From Anthoceros angustus (lineage: Eukaryota > Plantae > Anthocerotophyta), in assembly GCA_010909165.1 (NCBI GenBank), contig MU008158.1:2753478-2817477 (forward strand): DNA of 64,000 nucleotides, written 5' to 3'. This document shows positions 35,828 to 49,723 of this stretch, piece by piece; position 1 is the stretch's first letter; each line of letters starts with the position of its first letter. The position numbers were made by a program, and so were the translations under genes. The notes below the pieces were generated by a model. It ran no database searches. It had not been told where the DNA came from and saw only the letters and a list, made by a program, of their open reading frames with translations.

Positions 35828-38800
35828 TCACAGACCGTAGTGCTTCTGAAGCACTTCAATCTGTTTCCTGTCACAGGCATCTAGTAAATCGGGTCTTGAC
35901 GCACAGCTGCACATATACCACGAGCAACCGCCATACTGTAAGATAAAGCAGCAAGGTAGCAAGTTGTTTCATTGACCTACATGTAAGATCTCAAAACAAA
36001 AATTCCAACCAGAAAAATAACGGCAGATTGTGCTGGACTGTGACTTATTAACACTCATCAGCACAAAGAAATCAGTACACTCATGACTGACCTTATAGAC
36101 ATCCTTAGATACTGCCAAGCATTGTCAGCCTTCGGATTCATCGACAGAGCTCTTACATAATACTGGATCGAATCCTCGTACTGACCCTGGAATGTGAGAG
36201 CATGAACTCAGTGAGGGAAACAAAGCATTAACACAAAAAAAGTTCCATGTCCAAGCTGTTGCTGTCAGGAGCTGCAAATGCTGGCTGCACATACACTAAC
36301 TGGAGGTTCACCTGGTTTGCAAAGCCGATGCCCATATTTGCCCAGGCACGCACATAATTTGGTTTTAATTCAAGCGCCTGGGCCATACAACAAAACAAAT
36401 TCAGCACAGACCAAGCATGTAACTCACTCCAAGACCAGTGATCTGACTTACCTGTTGATATGCAAATATGGCATCAGCACTTCGTGCACTGTTTGCCTGC
36501 GTGGCTCCAAGCTTATTCCAGAGTGAATAATCTCTTGGCTTCAACTTCAATGCCGTTTGAAAAGCATGTATTGCTTTCTCATATTCCCTTGAGAGGTTGT
36601 AAAGTACTCCAAGAACAGTATGCACATCCCCATCTTCGGGAGACAATGACGCTGCTCTATTAAAAAGTTCCACAACCTACACACGAGTGAAACTGCCTAG
36701 ACTTCAGCTACCCAGCGTAACTGCATCGTCCAAAACTGCCAAATTGTAGTCCAAGTCCTTGCTTGCTCAAATGATGGGAAAGACGAAAACTACGAAAGCA
36801 GGAGAACACAGGACAGGTCAATACTTGCCCAAATCACCAATTAAGGCATGAAACAGACCATTCCTAGAGTAAAACGGTTAGGACAAATAACCTCAGAATG
36901 ACTTAAACGCTGTGCAGCATCAGGTTGAACCAGCTGACTGTACTTCGGATTATTTTGCAACCAGCCCCGCAAGTACTGTAGAGCTTCTGCCTGCTCCAGC
37001 TCTGGTATATGACCATCAAACTATTCAAAACACATTTCACACCTGTCCAATTAAATAAGACACACACACACACGTAACTGTTGAGAACCTGTAGCATTGC
37101 ATACCCTGCTACCTTCCTTACAACCTAATCAAGGCTCCCCTCTTGTCAAAAGACTGAAAGGAGCTCAATATGTAATAACTACCAGAGTACCAGGGGACTG
37201 TCAGGATTAGAATCTGGTCATAACATTACCATTTGTGTGGCTCACACCCAGTGCAAGGAGAACTTCAAGATTAGTGGGGTCTGCATTTTTTGCTTGAACC
37301 ATGGAAGCAATGGCCTTCATAGCAATTACCAATCAAATAAGTAAAAAAAGAAAAGAGCAAATGACGAAATAGGCAGTGAACTTACTGCATCCAGCTTAGA
37401 ATGAAAGTCAAGCACCATGCCTGACTCATAGCATAGAAGATAATTCATAAGGATGAGACAGTTCACAGTACTCACCTGGCGATCATCGTCGTTTTCAGCA
37501 TGGGTTATACCAAGTAACCTCCAAGCCTCAGAATTGTCAGGATTTCTCAAAACTTCAGCTTCGAGTGCAAGAACAGCTTCACTAAGCAATCCTCGTCGAA
37601 AAAGCTCTTGCCCTTCCCTCAACGGATTTGGATGCCCAACATATGGATTCTGATCAGCAAAGCCATACACAAACCTTGAAGCACTGCCTTGATTGTTATT
37701 CAGCTTAAGCTGCTCTTCTACAAACCTGCAACATTGAAGCAAGGATTATAAACACGGCCCTGAGAAGATCAACAGTGCATACCAGCAGCAGCTCTACCTT
37801 AGCTACTCCACAGGAATCTTAACAGTCAGATCTCATGCTTCCAGTGGAGCATACTTATCATATGTGTCCAGCCAGCCCGATGCTGCATCATGACCCAGGG
37901 AACCCTTAGCTACTTGATCACCAAACTCATCACCCCAGGTGCCACCAAACTCATCACCCCAGCTGCGAAGTGTCTGATCATTGTCAGAGTTCTCAATTTG
38001 TAGGCCTCTTCCTTGCCTGCTCTGGACAAAATCATCTACCCAATTGTCTCCTCGATGAGCATGCTGCAGAAGAAAACAAGGCATTAAGTTCTCACAACAG
38101 AACACTATTCCCTGCAGATATCCACAAACTTCTGCTCAAACAATAGACTTGGTAACATGCCCCTCTCCACTTCCTTATTCAGAAGACAAAGCTAATCAAA
38201 TCCTCTTGGAAATGGGCATGCTTATCTTCCAACATAATTAGATGACTTCCTGAACATTCTATGCTGCAAAGAAACCAAACCTGATAAAGTGAATTGCGAC
38301 AGATAGCAGGATAACAAACAAGAATACATGCTCACATCAAGTACACTCTGCAAAAAATGTCTCCAAACATTGAAGAACACCCCTGCAGCAGTGAGACTAA
38401 TCAATCTGGAGAGATCTCCAGCTGAAACATGCAATAAAACTGAAAAACGGGAAATACCTCCCCTGCCCACGCAGAATCACCACTTGCGGAAATGCGTTCC
38501 TGGAACTCATTTGCCCAGCCACCATCATCCAATCTGCCGTCTAATGAGTCAGTGCTGTTGTCAAATATGAGCTCGCCTCTGCTCATCTTGGATACAAACT
38601 GTAGAAACTTTGAATTCTACAAACACAAATACAGTCCAGTAAGAGATGGCATTTAATCTTGCATAAGTGTGCACCTCTTACTTAATATTTGATTGCCAAA
38701 AACATTTCGCACAAACTCAACGAGGCAGCATGTCAGCAGTCACAAACCTTGAATTTCGGATCCTGATTTTCAGACAATGTACGAACTAGTGAGGACGTCT

Positions 38801-40238
38801 GGTTCAGAATCGATTGATTGTCAGAATCACTTTGAGTCATATGAACCCCTCTCACCATTTGCCCCCAGCTCTGATCACAAAGCAACAGAGAGATGTCCAT
38901 CAGCCATCATAGACTTGTCCAATGCTGCTCCCATCCAGATTACTGCTTTAGAGGGAATGCTGGGTTAAGAACACGGGCAAACCTGCTCATACTCAGCGGC
39001 CCACGAATCACTCTCTGGCAAATGGAATTCATCAGCCCACGTCTGACCCTGTGAGAGTGGGTTGAAACTGCTGATACCAGCACCAGACCCATTAGTTTCT
39101 TGTCTGTTACCAGGCCATGATCCTTGAGCTTCCTTCCAATATTGATCAAACCCCAGAGGCTCAGCTCTCCTGGGACCATCCTCTATATCCAAGGAATGTA
39201 AAAGCGCTGAAACCTGCAGTTCTTGCCGTTAGGCCGTCTAAGATGCAAAACAAGGAAGGATTGAACTACCCACGTCAGGTCCCACTTACGAATTCCAGTT
39301 TGATGACACTGCATACCTGAGCAGTAGCGAAGTCATCCCCTTTGTCAGCAAAGAAGTGTCGACCCATTATGCTGCTGCGGTCTCTGATCCGTCGTTTATC
39401 AGATTCTGACAGGCCTAGCTTCGGCATTCTGAAAGTAGGAAATGCAGCTTCTGCTCGACTACTCTCCAAAAACGTATGAAGGACGCCAGAGAGGGCAGTT
39501 TGTGGATGCACTGCACATGTGCAAATTGCTTTGCAATATTAACAAAGATTGAAGGGGCATACAACTTGACAATTGGTTGCGGAGAACAAAATACAGACCG
39601 GCCCCAAGTAATTGAGATGGAACCAAAACGGAGACTAGTACCTGGAGGGCCGGTATCTTCATTGTAGATAGCCTCAAACTCCCGAAGTCGATCGAGCTCA
39701 AAATTTCCTGACATAGACCGCATTTGTGCGGCATTCTTCTTCCCAAGCGTCATCAAATCCTCCATGCTCACTGTTGGAAAACTGACGCAGAAAATCTACC
39801 TGACGAATACTTCCCAAGTTAGCAGCGGTGCGAAAGCGAAGTTACAATCTTCTAGAATTGAATCCCAAAGTAAACGGGTGCGGGCACCATACACAACCTG
39901 TATGTTGGATGGCGGCGCTTCCTGTTGTGCAAATTCTGATCCGGGTAAAGAGATCAGGGGTCCACTAGGGCCAGCCAACTGTGGTGAACTCTGTCTACCT
40001 GACACTGTCAGACCTGAAAATTCCCTGACTATGTCCTGCAAACAAGCAAACAGGCCACTGTGAAGCACAGACGAAGCACCGACATTGAGAAATAAGACGA
40101 AGGATCACCAACCTGGGACTTGGAGGCAGATCCCAGGAGAGAATCAGCCAAACCACCAAAAGGATTGGATGCAGATGAAGCTCCATCGGTAGGCTGGCAG
40201 GAGGCACCGCCCCCGAGTATTAGGTCGCGCAACACCAT
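35828..40238 (-). CDS. PEX5: Peroxisomal targeting signal 1 receptor PEX5 (multi-exon, complete)
   Basis: Starts MVLRDLILGGGASC (conserved N-terminal Cys) at 40238. Multiple WxxxF/Y motifs (WADEF, WAAEY, WANEF, WVDDF, WGDEF x2, WLDTY). PEX7-binding NSKFLQFVSKMSRGEL. TPR region YGFADQNPYVGHPNPLREGQELFRRGLLSEAVLALEAEV, YSLWNKLGATQANSARSADAI and YYVRALSMNPKADNAWQYLR. Last exon CASRPDLLDACDRKQIEVLQKHYGL, TGA at 35830-35828. Confidence 0.96.
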
Positions 40239-40928
40239 GTTTGCCGACGAATTGTTTCTGTGGTCGGAGGATCGAAGTGCACAAGGAAAAGAACGATGGG
40301 TGCTGAAATATATCAAACTCCGGAGTGCTATCAACAAGTGCATTTGAAATACAGAATACAGAACGAAATTCCAAGATTTACCGGATCGTTGCTCAATGGA
40401 TGTAGATGTAGTCTCTATTTTCTTTGCTATATAAATTATGTTTGCGTGCCTATAAAGCTTTTTATAAATTCGTATTGTCAATTTATGTGAACGGTGTGAA
40501 TACGGCTGAACAAAGCCAAGAGCCTGCCCGCCTACCTAGTTTGTGGCACATGATGAGGCCCGTTTCACAAGCCCGGTACATTTTTAGCGCATGTCAGTGA
40601 CATGTGGCGCGTGTCAGAGCCACGGTGGGCAATGTATACCACCCTGGCATGGCCACGGTGGGGGTTTTCCTCGTTCCTCGTTTCACAAAACCGGTATATT
40701 TTTTCACATGTGGTCCCACGCTCTTTCACATGGACCCACCATTTTACCCATAGAGGTGTATATAAGGCTCTAGCTTATGCGGTCAAAGGCGTTTCATTTG
40801 TGTCATAGGTGTGCAGGTTGGAGGTTGGAGCTTGGAGCTTGGAGCTTGGATTTTGAGTGGAGGGCTTCACTTAGGGTTTATCATGGATCCCCATGAACAG
40901 AACTTGTGGTGTGTTTTTCTAATTAGTA

Positions 40929-41425
40929 GTGAATGCAAAAGGAATGGTTTTGGATTATGATTTCGGTTGGGCAGGTAGCATGAATGATTGGAACTTGTGG
41001 GAGCGGTCGGAAATTGGAAAGAGATGTGCAGCAGGTATGTTAGATGAGTTTGCCTTAGTGGGAGATGCAGGTTATTGGCCTCGAGTACATCTATTAACTC
41101 CATTCCGTGGGCATAAAGATGGATTTACACCGGAGGAAGCCAATTGGAATTTTATTCAATCTAGTACTCGAATGGTGGTGGAAAGGACATACGGCATGCT
41201 GAAAAGTAGGTTTAGTATTTTGCTAAAAGAAATGATATGAAGTTGAAAAATGTGCCTTGTGTTGTTAGTGCATGCCTAGTATTGCATAACATGTGTGTGG
41301 AGCGTAATGATGGCTTTGAGGATGAATGGTTCAATCAAGCTACTCTTGAACTTCAAAGCTCGCTTCTAGCAATCATCGGGGACTCCCTGCAAGAAGCTTC
41401 AAGGCAGTGTAGAGACTTTGTATGA
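40929..41425 (+). pseudogene. Harbinger DDE_Tnp_4-type transposase, C-terminal part, frameshifted
   Basis: GWAGSMNDWNLW, LVGDAGY, LLTPF, NWNFIQSSTRMVVERTYGMLKSRFSIL and VVSACLVLHNMC. The N-terminal part is absent and there is a frameshift at ~41237. Confidence 0.9.
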
Positions 41426-41739
41426 AATCAACAATGCATATAATAAGCATGGGCAAAGACGAAATATGGTGAATGTGGAAGACCATGCCGATGGTGGAGA
41501 CCAAAACCCATATGCAAGGGCTGGTTATAGACAAGGTGTGGCACGTCGGAGGCTTTAGCCAAAAGCTTGTATGAATTGCGCTTGAAAAGACAAACGAGGT
41601 TTTGGGTCCAGTCCGAGACGGAGAACAAAGGTGAACAATAAAACTAAAACACTTAAATTTCCAAAACCAGCCCTTGGCTCAAAGTCCGAGACCAAGGTGA
41701 ACAATAGAAACTAGAAATGCAAATTCTACCAAAACTAGC

Positions 41740-42575
41740 TCATGTGTTACATTTGTGCAAGTATGTTGCCAAGTTGCCAAGTGTGTCGTTCATGGATTGG
41801 AGTAAAGTCAACTTCTGTGCTTCAACTGCCTTGTACTCTTGTAATAAACATTCTGTGTGCTTGGCCATCTGTTCCATAGTTGTCAGCCTTGGGTCTCCCT
41901 TTCTTGCCTTGTTCTCTTTTTTGCCACATGTTAACGGGGCTTGACCATCTGATTCCTGGTGTATGGGCTCACCATCTGGTGGCGGCTCAGGTTCACTCTC
42001 CAAACCATCTGTGACATCCAAAAAAGTAGAGCCCATGGTAGAGTCCACAGAGCCCCCCGGCGTAGCAAATGTCCTAGGAAGGAGCGGCATGTGCATGGCA
42101 ATTGACCACGGGGCGTTTACCATGGTATTCATCCATGAGATCAAAAACTTACATTTATCGGACCTTCCATGCCCACTTGTCTCGTTCTCGGCTTTGTCCT
42201 TCCGTAATCCTTCATAAGGCTCTTGTGCTTGACATGCCTCGAATCCTTGTCGAATCGGCGGACCGCACACAATCTCGTGTAGAGCTTGTTCCACACGTCG
42301 ATACCTTGCTTGGGTGCTTTGTTGAAATCCTCCTCCATAGAACCCCTAAGGTGGATCAAGTGGATGGTATGGTGTTCAGTCCATTGTGGACCCCTTCCAC
42401 CACTTGTCCTTCGAACTGATCCTCCCTTCAAGTTCCAAGTGTTTTTGCTTTTCCCCACGCTTCTTTGACCTGCGGTGTCTGAAATTGGAACCTCATGACC
42501 GGTTTCTAGGTCAATGACATTGCCAGTGCAAGCCGTTTGAAACCAGCCTAGCATGACACTTCCAAGCAGAGGCAT
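41740..42575 (-). pseudogene. Harbinger Myb/SANT (trihelix-like) DNA-binding protein, frameshifted
   Basis: PQWTEHHTIHLIHLRGSMEEDFNKAPKQGIDVWNKLYTRL...RKDKAENETSGHGRSDKCKF, then a C-terminal coiled coil MEQMAKHTECLLQEYKAVEAQKLTLLQSMNDTLGNLATYL. Confidence 0.8.
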
Positions 42576-42979
42576 TGAGAATGCTTGCTGCTCATGAGGG
42601 GAGCATCCTTGTGATATTTGTTGACTTGGAGGTTGGCTCCACGTCGAGAGGACTGATTCAAAGTTGTAGCTTTGAACGCCGACTCCCTCGAGCCAAATAG
42701 ATAACTTGAAAAGTTTGGGAAGGCTCTTTGTAGTGAAGACTCACCACCATGACCTTGTTGCCCGACCATAGCCAAACCTAAAAGCCTAGAAACACCAAAC
42801 TGTTGAGATAGAGAGCTTGTTATGTCAAGCCGAGGTCAACAGAAACTTTAGAGAGCCCGTTGTGCCATCCAACAATTCGATTGCCACTGAATACCTTGGA
42901 ATTACCTCACAGCAAGGCGCGGCGCGTGGCGGCGATGGCGAGATCCTCCACACGGCACACAGTCAAGGACGCGGCTCTT

Positions 42980-43150
42980 CGGCGAGCACTCTTCTGCGCG
43001 GCTCAACGGCGGGCATTCTCCTCCACGGCTCAATGGCGGGCACTCTCTTCGGCTCAGCAGGCGGGCACTCCTCTGCGGCTCAGCAGCGAGCACTCTCCTC
43101 TGCGGCTCAAAGGCGGGCACTCTCCTCTTGTCCAGCGGGCACTCTCCTCC
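42980..43150 (+). repeat. ~21 bp subterminal tandem repeat inside the Harbinger element
   Basis: About 7 degenerate units of GCGGCTCA(A/G)CGGCGGGCACTCTCCTC. Confidence 0.75.
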
Positions 43151-46100
43151 CACGCTCGAGCGCCTTCACATACCTTGGGCGTGTTCGTGCTAGTTTTGTA
43201 AGCGCCCTTTCGTACAAGTTGGATAACATCACGGTAAAAACTCATAAAATAAGAATTGACCTATGCCATTGGTCCATGCAGGGGTTATAATAAATGTCGA
43301 GAAAACCAGCGGACTTGCGGTGTTTTCATCAACACCTGCCGTGGCATCCACGTAAGGGCAGGTGTGGGTTATTTAGTCCTTGTGAACCGGGTACAAATTG
43401 ACCCTCCAATCACATGAGGTGTGTCAGATTTATACCGAGGCTTGTGAAGCGGGCCGAGAATAGATAGGGAGGCGAGGCTGAGGCGATAGGAAGCAATTTG
43501 AATTTGTGAGGAGGGCGGGCCCTCATCTTAGCTGTAGGGTGTGCCCCCTTGGGTTTACGAATGTATAAGAGGTCAAGGCTAGTGAGCCATAGGCAAACAG
43601 AGGGCAATTCTCAGGCCTATCTCTGTTCACTTGGATGTCTTCGCATGACAAGGCTGGCTCATCCAAGCCATTCCCTTGCCTGCAGTCAAGTGTTCTGAAT
43701 CTGATCATCATTGAGTGTGTGTCCCAAACGCGACGTCCTTGTTTCAAGATTGCATGCATGGTTCTTTTGCACTGTGAGTTGATGGTGACCGTACAAACCT
43801 CTTTGCTGAAGGACGAGCAGCCAGGTATCAACCAGTCTTTTCGTTGTTCTACATATCAGCATCGTACCCAGCATCATTGGTATTTAGTGTCATATGTATG
43901 TGTGTATGAATGCATGTGTGTGAGGTATAGCAGTATATTAAGAGTCTTACGAGAGAGGGAGAGGCCTAACTCCTTTGAAGATTTACAGGTTAAGACCAAA
44001 TCCACCAGCCTTGAACGTCAGCCTTAGAGCAGGCTAGACCCAAGTGCTGCCCCCCACATCCAACAGAACCCATAGATATCATGGACTGCATCCCATATGA
44101 ATTCTTAAGTGTGTTCGTATGCCACATCATGCACTTTATATGTCACACTCAAGGCGGTTTTACATTAGACCTTCGATTGTATGTGGTGAAAGGATATCGC
44201 GCAGACACTCGTTTTTCGTTTTACAACAACCGTTGGTGGCATGAATGTGGATCAGGCGTGACATCTATGTGGCATTGGTGGGCGTGTCAGGACTTCACCT
44301 ACCTCCCGAGGCTAATGAAGCCTGACAACTTTGCATTCTGACCTTCCGCACCAATGAAAACATGTCATCGGGGCTGAAATACTAGGCACGATGATAGTAT
44401 AGCCTCATCATTTACTTGCTATTGTCGTGGTAATGGGTGATGCAGGCAGCGGGCGATCGAAACAAGTGATCCAGATAGCGGGTGAGCAAGGCAATCAAGG
44501 CAGTGTGGTGAGCAAGGCAAGTGAGGCGTGGTAGGTAGGCAAGGGACCACCATGGTGGGAGGCAAGCAAGCGCGGCAGGCTGGTGAGCTGGGGCAGCGCT
44601 CGGTTGTTAAGCACGGCGAGAATGGCAAGCAGTGCAGGCGGGCGCAGAGGAACCTGCGATCGAGCTCGGCGACCTCGAAAAGTACAAGCGAGCTTGGCAA
44701 GTGCGGTGTGGCGTGGCGGCGGTGTGTGCAAGTGGCGGCGTTATGCAAGGTAGCAAGCGATTGTGGCTGGCTGGTGGCTAGGCGGGCTGGCTAGCTAGTG
44801 AGCAGGTGCATCTTTGAGAGCAGGTACATCTCCGTGAGCGAGTACCGTATCTTTGTGAGTCTCTTCCGCCACATGTTGTATGCGACATGGCTGATACCAG
44901 CATGGGCACTTAGCCCAGGCGTTGTAGCATTTCTCGATTACTGGTCCTTGATATAAGGTAGCACGTGCTTAAATCATGGACACTCAGTGTAGATAGCTTT
45001 GAGCAATTAGAACCAATAGTGCACGCATCTTCTAACATTTATCTTTTCAAGCAAACCTGTTGTGGTTCGCACCAGCCATGTCAAGCAAAGAACAGGATTT
45101 GCAACATTGCGGTTATGAGCATGTACTCATCACCTCCGAGTTGCTTGGTGCAAACAGAGCGCTCTAGCCTCAAAAGGAGTTGTGGGTGTTCATGCGATAA
45201 CATATGAGAATTCCTTTCCACCATGTGTGATTTTCATTCAGCCTATTTGCTTGTCAAATTGAAAGCTTTTGTGGCAGATGGAGCTCTTATTTTCCACTAC
45301 ATACTATTATCCTGCATCTGCAACTTTGTAGTAGCAAGGTTTGAACGAAGAGCAAGACTTTATACCATGAAAAGCCGTTCAATTTAGATATCCAAGGAGA
45401 GTTGTTCAACCCATTCAATTTGACCGCGACAAGGGTGGCAGGAAGGTTCGAGAAAGCCACATCTGCTATTTCACCAGCTTGGTGATGTTTTGCCTTGCCT
45501 CGTAGGAGCAGGGCCAGTAGTCGTCCTAGTTGTGGACCTCTCTAGGCTGTCCCTCAGTAGGTATCGGCGGTTGGGTGCGAAAACTTTGGAGGATGAGGAC
45601 GATATCATGAGCAGAGCAATCTTCCTCTCGAAGTGCTCAATGGTAATAAAGCTCAAGGCGTAAAGAGGGATTATAAAGGGAGTGCACCTCATCTCCAGCG
45701 GCTTCACATTGGCACAATCCATTGTGTCCAGAATTGGCTGAATTGGGACGTAACAATACACATGAGCCTCACCAACCCTGCATGGTCCGCAGCTCAACCT
45801 CAATCTTCACATGGAGCTCGCGCAAAAGAAAACTGACCCACTCATGATCAACAAGTAGGAGTGATAAAATAGAGTATTGACATCATGATGGGTTTAGGGT
45901 TTTAGGTAACCATCACAAATATAAGGTAGTGTACTCAGAATTATTTATTAAATACTTTTTCATTAGGGTTGCGTCTCTTAGTGAATAGACAAACCTTTTC
46001 ATTTAAGTTAAGTTGTCTTTTCAAGCATAAGAAAGTTGCTTCTTTTTTGAACACGCAATGTAATTATCTTAATTCTATAATTGATCTACATTAAACCTAA

Positions 46101-46207
46101 ATAAAATGTCACTACCAATGCGTTTCCTGAGCACCCATCACTATTAAGCAACCCGTGTATAATAGATCTGGATGCTCCTTTTTGTTCTGTCTGTTAATCT
46201 TTTTAGT

Positions 46208-47560
46208 AGACCTAAGAAGAAAGCCAAAAAGTCTAAAGTTGGCCCATGTAGTTCCACTCAAGCAAAAGATGCCGAAACCAAGAAATCAAAAGGTTGGGAG
46301 GACCACCGCATTCAAAACCTGATTGTGGTTAGAGGGTCAATAGATGCTAAATTTGACAAGAACCGAAAACAAGGTACTTAGTTGTGGATTTGATCATAAC
46401 AATAACATCTGTGTCTCAACGTTGCTATTCCATGTGTAATGTTGAGTGGGTGCTCGACCAGGTGTGGACATTTGGAATAAGGTGGCCACGAAGATGGCCA
46501 TGGTTTGGGTAGACTTTTACAAATTTGCTGAGGCTTATTAAGAAATGGAAATCAATTTTGAATGCCTATAAGACAAACAAGGAAGCAATTTCGGTTTTAG
46601 GCAGTACTAGATCTGAATATTCTGGATGGTATGACCTAGTTGATCAATTCATGGAGCACAAGCCCATGTGGTATGTGAGGCTCATGCTGACTCACATCAC
46701 ACTACACAATGAATGGACAAGATTCCATACTCCAATGTTGACACAAGGAGAAGGTGTCTTAAGATAGTCATTCGAGTAAGGTAGGAAAAGAAGAGGTTGT
46801 AGGCCTAGGTGATGATTCAAAATCACTCTTGCCATTAATGAAATCCAACAACTGTCTCAACATATGAAGGCTACGGAGAAGAAGAAGACAAGTCTTTCAA
46901 TAAAAATCTAGTTGCTATCAATGCAGCTGCGGTTGCTGATAGGGGACTAGGATCTTGAAATCCATTATTTAAATCATGTTTTGAAACAAAAGTGACAATA
47001 CTCCACTCCACTCTACAATACACCACTCAACACTCCTCTAATTCTACTCAAACCTCAAGTTGTATCAACTTCACCAAACATACATTGAGCTCACAAGGAG
47101 TTGATTTTGAGCTGCATACATGGCATTGGATACGGAGTGGAGACGCTTCATGCCTTTACAAAAACCTGCCCCATCGAATTCTTATGGTTGTTCATGCATG
47201 TTGTTATCCTCAAATATTGAAGTATCAGTATTTGTGCGCACCCTATGTAGCAATTAAGGCCATGGTTTCTCTAATAACAAGAGATGGCTGCCTCGCCATA
47301 CTATCGTGTTGTGATGCATGATTCCCCATGTCCATCTCACATTGTCTAGTAGCCTCCATCGGCTATTCTTCATCAAATTGTCCTTGTGAATGATACATAT
47401 GTTATGCAACAAAAGACATGCCTGGACAACCCTTGGTATGTTAGGGATGTGGATGTCCAACCTCCTCAATAAACAACTCTAACGCTCCTTCAATATCCTA
47501 AAAGCGCGTTCAAGCGCCATGCGAAAAGTGCTATTGTGAACAAAATTCCAAAATGACTAT
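46208..47560. mobile_element. Second, more degraded PIF/Harbinger relic (Myb/SANT ORF on +, transposase C-terminus on -)
   Basis: Plus strand: KGWEDHRIQNLIVVRGSIDAKFDKNRKQG, intron, VDIWNKVATKM...KKWKSILNAYKTNKEAISVLGSTRSEYSGWYDLVDQFM. Minus strand 47254-47560: RRLDIHIPNIPRVVQACLLLHNICI. Confidence 0.75.
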
Positions 47561-47720
47561 AAAGGAGACAAACCTTCTCGTGATCCTTGAGAAGAAGTAA
47601 GCATGTAGAGACATTGCCTATACCTAACATCACCGACAAGGTTATAATGGCCTGATATTCCTGCCTCACATTTCCGTCCAAGTCCTATCCTTTTGAAAAG
47701 GTTTCAATCGTTTAGACTGC

Positions 47721-48068
47721 ATACCGTACCCTAAAGGGTGATTCGCTTTAAGTAATTAAAATTAGTAAAAGTTGAAAATTTTGAAAATTATTATATTAAA
47801 AACACCCAATATGTAAAATTTTACAAATTTAATATGCCAAAAATAAGAAAAATAGAGTTTGTGTGAAAAATTAGGCCTATTTAGGGAGCTCTCTATATAT
47901 CGGTTAATTCTATATAGATACCTATGTATTCTAATAAAATTTTGAAAATTTGATAAAATTATTTTTCATATATTTTAAAATTTTTAAAAATATCAATATC
48001 TATGTTGGACCTTATTTTTCAAAAATAATTATTTCGTATCACCCTGTTGAACCACCCCTCGGTATGAT
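47721..48068. mobile_element. AT-rich MITE-like insertion
   Basis: Interrupts a segment whose uninterrupted paralog lies at ~48572-48792. Ends ATACCG...CGGTAT, with subterminal inverted repeats AGGGTGATTCG (47735-47745) and CGTATCACCCT (48035-48045). Confidence 0.55.
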
Positions 48069-49723
48069 AATCATCCAAAATCATAGTCCAACGCCAAACA
48101 CTTTGCGGTGATAGTTAGCTACAAGAGTTGATGGGGAGAGGGGTGATGTGACGATTTAAAATTCTAATTTCTAGGGTTTACACCATGTGCTCACCGACGC
48201 TCAACATGAAGCGATATGTAACTTCTACGAACATCGAGAATTGCCCGCCATGGTGGAACTATTAGGTTGGTTGATAGTGCCACCATGGCTCTATCACCGA
48301 CGATCAATGCAAAAGGCCCTCATTCTTTAAAATGCACGTCTTGGGTTGGGACAAGAACTATGTCGATGGGTATTGATATATGCTAAGGCCATTATAGAGC
48401 ACTATGGAGGACCCGAACATCCTAGTTTCAAAATTATTTTCTTTCTAGCGTAGGACAAGTTGCCACTTACAAGTCTACTCGTGACAAGCCATGTCAGCAG
48501 GACCAAGCATATGCTGCGTCCTATGAGTGGTGACAATAACTACTATGAACATCATTCTAATTTGATTGCAAGGAGATAAACCTTCTCGTGATCCTCGGAA
48601 GGGGAAGCATGTAGAGACATGGCCAATACCTAGCATCACCAACAAGGCTATAATGGCCCAACATTCCTACTTCACATTTCCGATCAAGTCGTGTCCTTTT
48701 GAAAAGGTTCCAATCATTTAGACTACCTGCTCATCCAAAGTTTTAGTTCCATACTCAATACTTTGCAGTGATAGTTAGTTGCAAGACTTGAGATTAAAAC
48801 CCTTTCCGTTTGTAATAATTCGTCTTGGCATGGGTTGGACCTAATATAGGAATATGAGATCCATCCATTGCACATACCTACAATATACGGAATACCTTGG
48901 ATTGCCTCAAATTCCTGAGCAGAAACAAGCTAAGGTGGGAAGGAAGGAAGTACCAACAGGGGCGGGGAGAGAGAAGCGGAGTTGAGAGAGGAAGAAGTGG
49001 CAGTGGAGGAAAGAAGCGAAGAGAACTTCAGGGCAAACCCGAATTGAAAATAAAAGTTTGTGTTAAGGTCACTTTTGGTCCACAAGCCAGGCGGATTTAC
49101 CCAAAGGACAAATCCTAGTTGTCCGGAAAAACATATGGAAGAAAATAAATACAGTCCATATTAGCTCTCTCTTTTTGTACGCCATACCTATTGCCATATA
49201 AGCATAAAAATTAGATTTTTCTCCCTAAATAATTTTTATTTCATGCATATAAAATATTTTTCAGGATTTCACAGACCTATAAACATAGGTAGATATATAC
49301 AATACAGATAAGGTAACAAGTAAAACGACACAACATTTAAATTCTCTGCACGTTCTACGGATTTAACGTAACGCGGAACTATGGAAATTCGTGGTCTCAC
49401 TTGTTTTGAAGAGTTCCGAATACGGTACGCCCTTTGTTGCAAAAATAGTTAAATCGGCCAGCGATGATTCTAATAGGAAGGGAGAAACGTTGCTAGGTAC
49501 ATAAATATGTACGGACATATGTAGGATGGGAGGGTTGAGGATAAAAAGGCCTCCTCCGATGAGCGGCAGGACCTGCTATGCCATTGGCTCGCCTCCTGTT
49601 CCGGGCTCTCGCCAGTGTGCCAAGGAAGCAAGCGAGCCCCAGGCCGAGACCTTGCTCGCACCAAGAAGCAGTTTCAGGAAGCGAGACAAAGGAACAAGCA
49701 ACTGCCAATGCCGGGGCGAGTTA

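Larger units (their letters stand above)
40557..43455. mobile_element. PIF/Harbinger DNA transposon (internally deleted) with terminal inverted repeats
   Basis: Left TIR GGCCCGTTTCACAAGCC-CGGTA at 40557. The reverse complement of the right end (ending 43455) is GGCCCGCTTCACAAGCCTCGGTA. Encloses convergent DDE transposase and Myb/SANT ORFs. TSD not clearly conserved (TGA vs GAG). Confidence 0.88.

Noticed and set aside
43456-46100. Short ORFs and GC-rich low-complexity sequence between the two Harbinger elements
   Set aside because: No supportable homology or termini were found.
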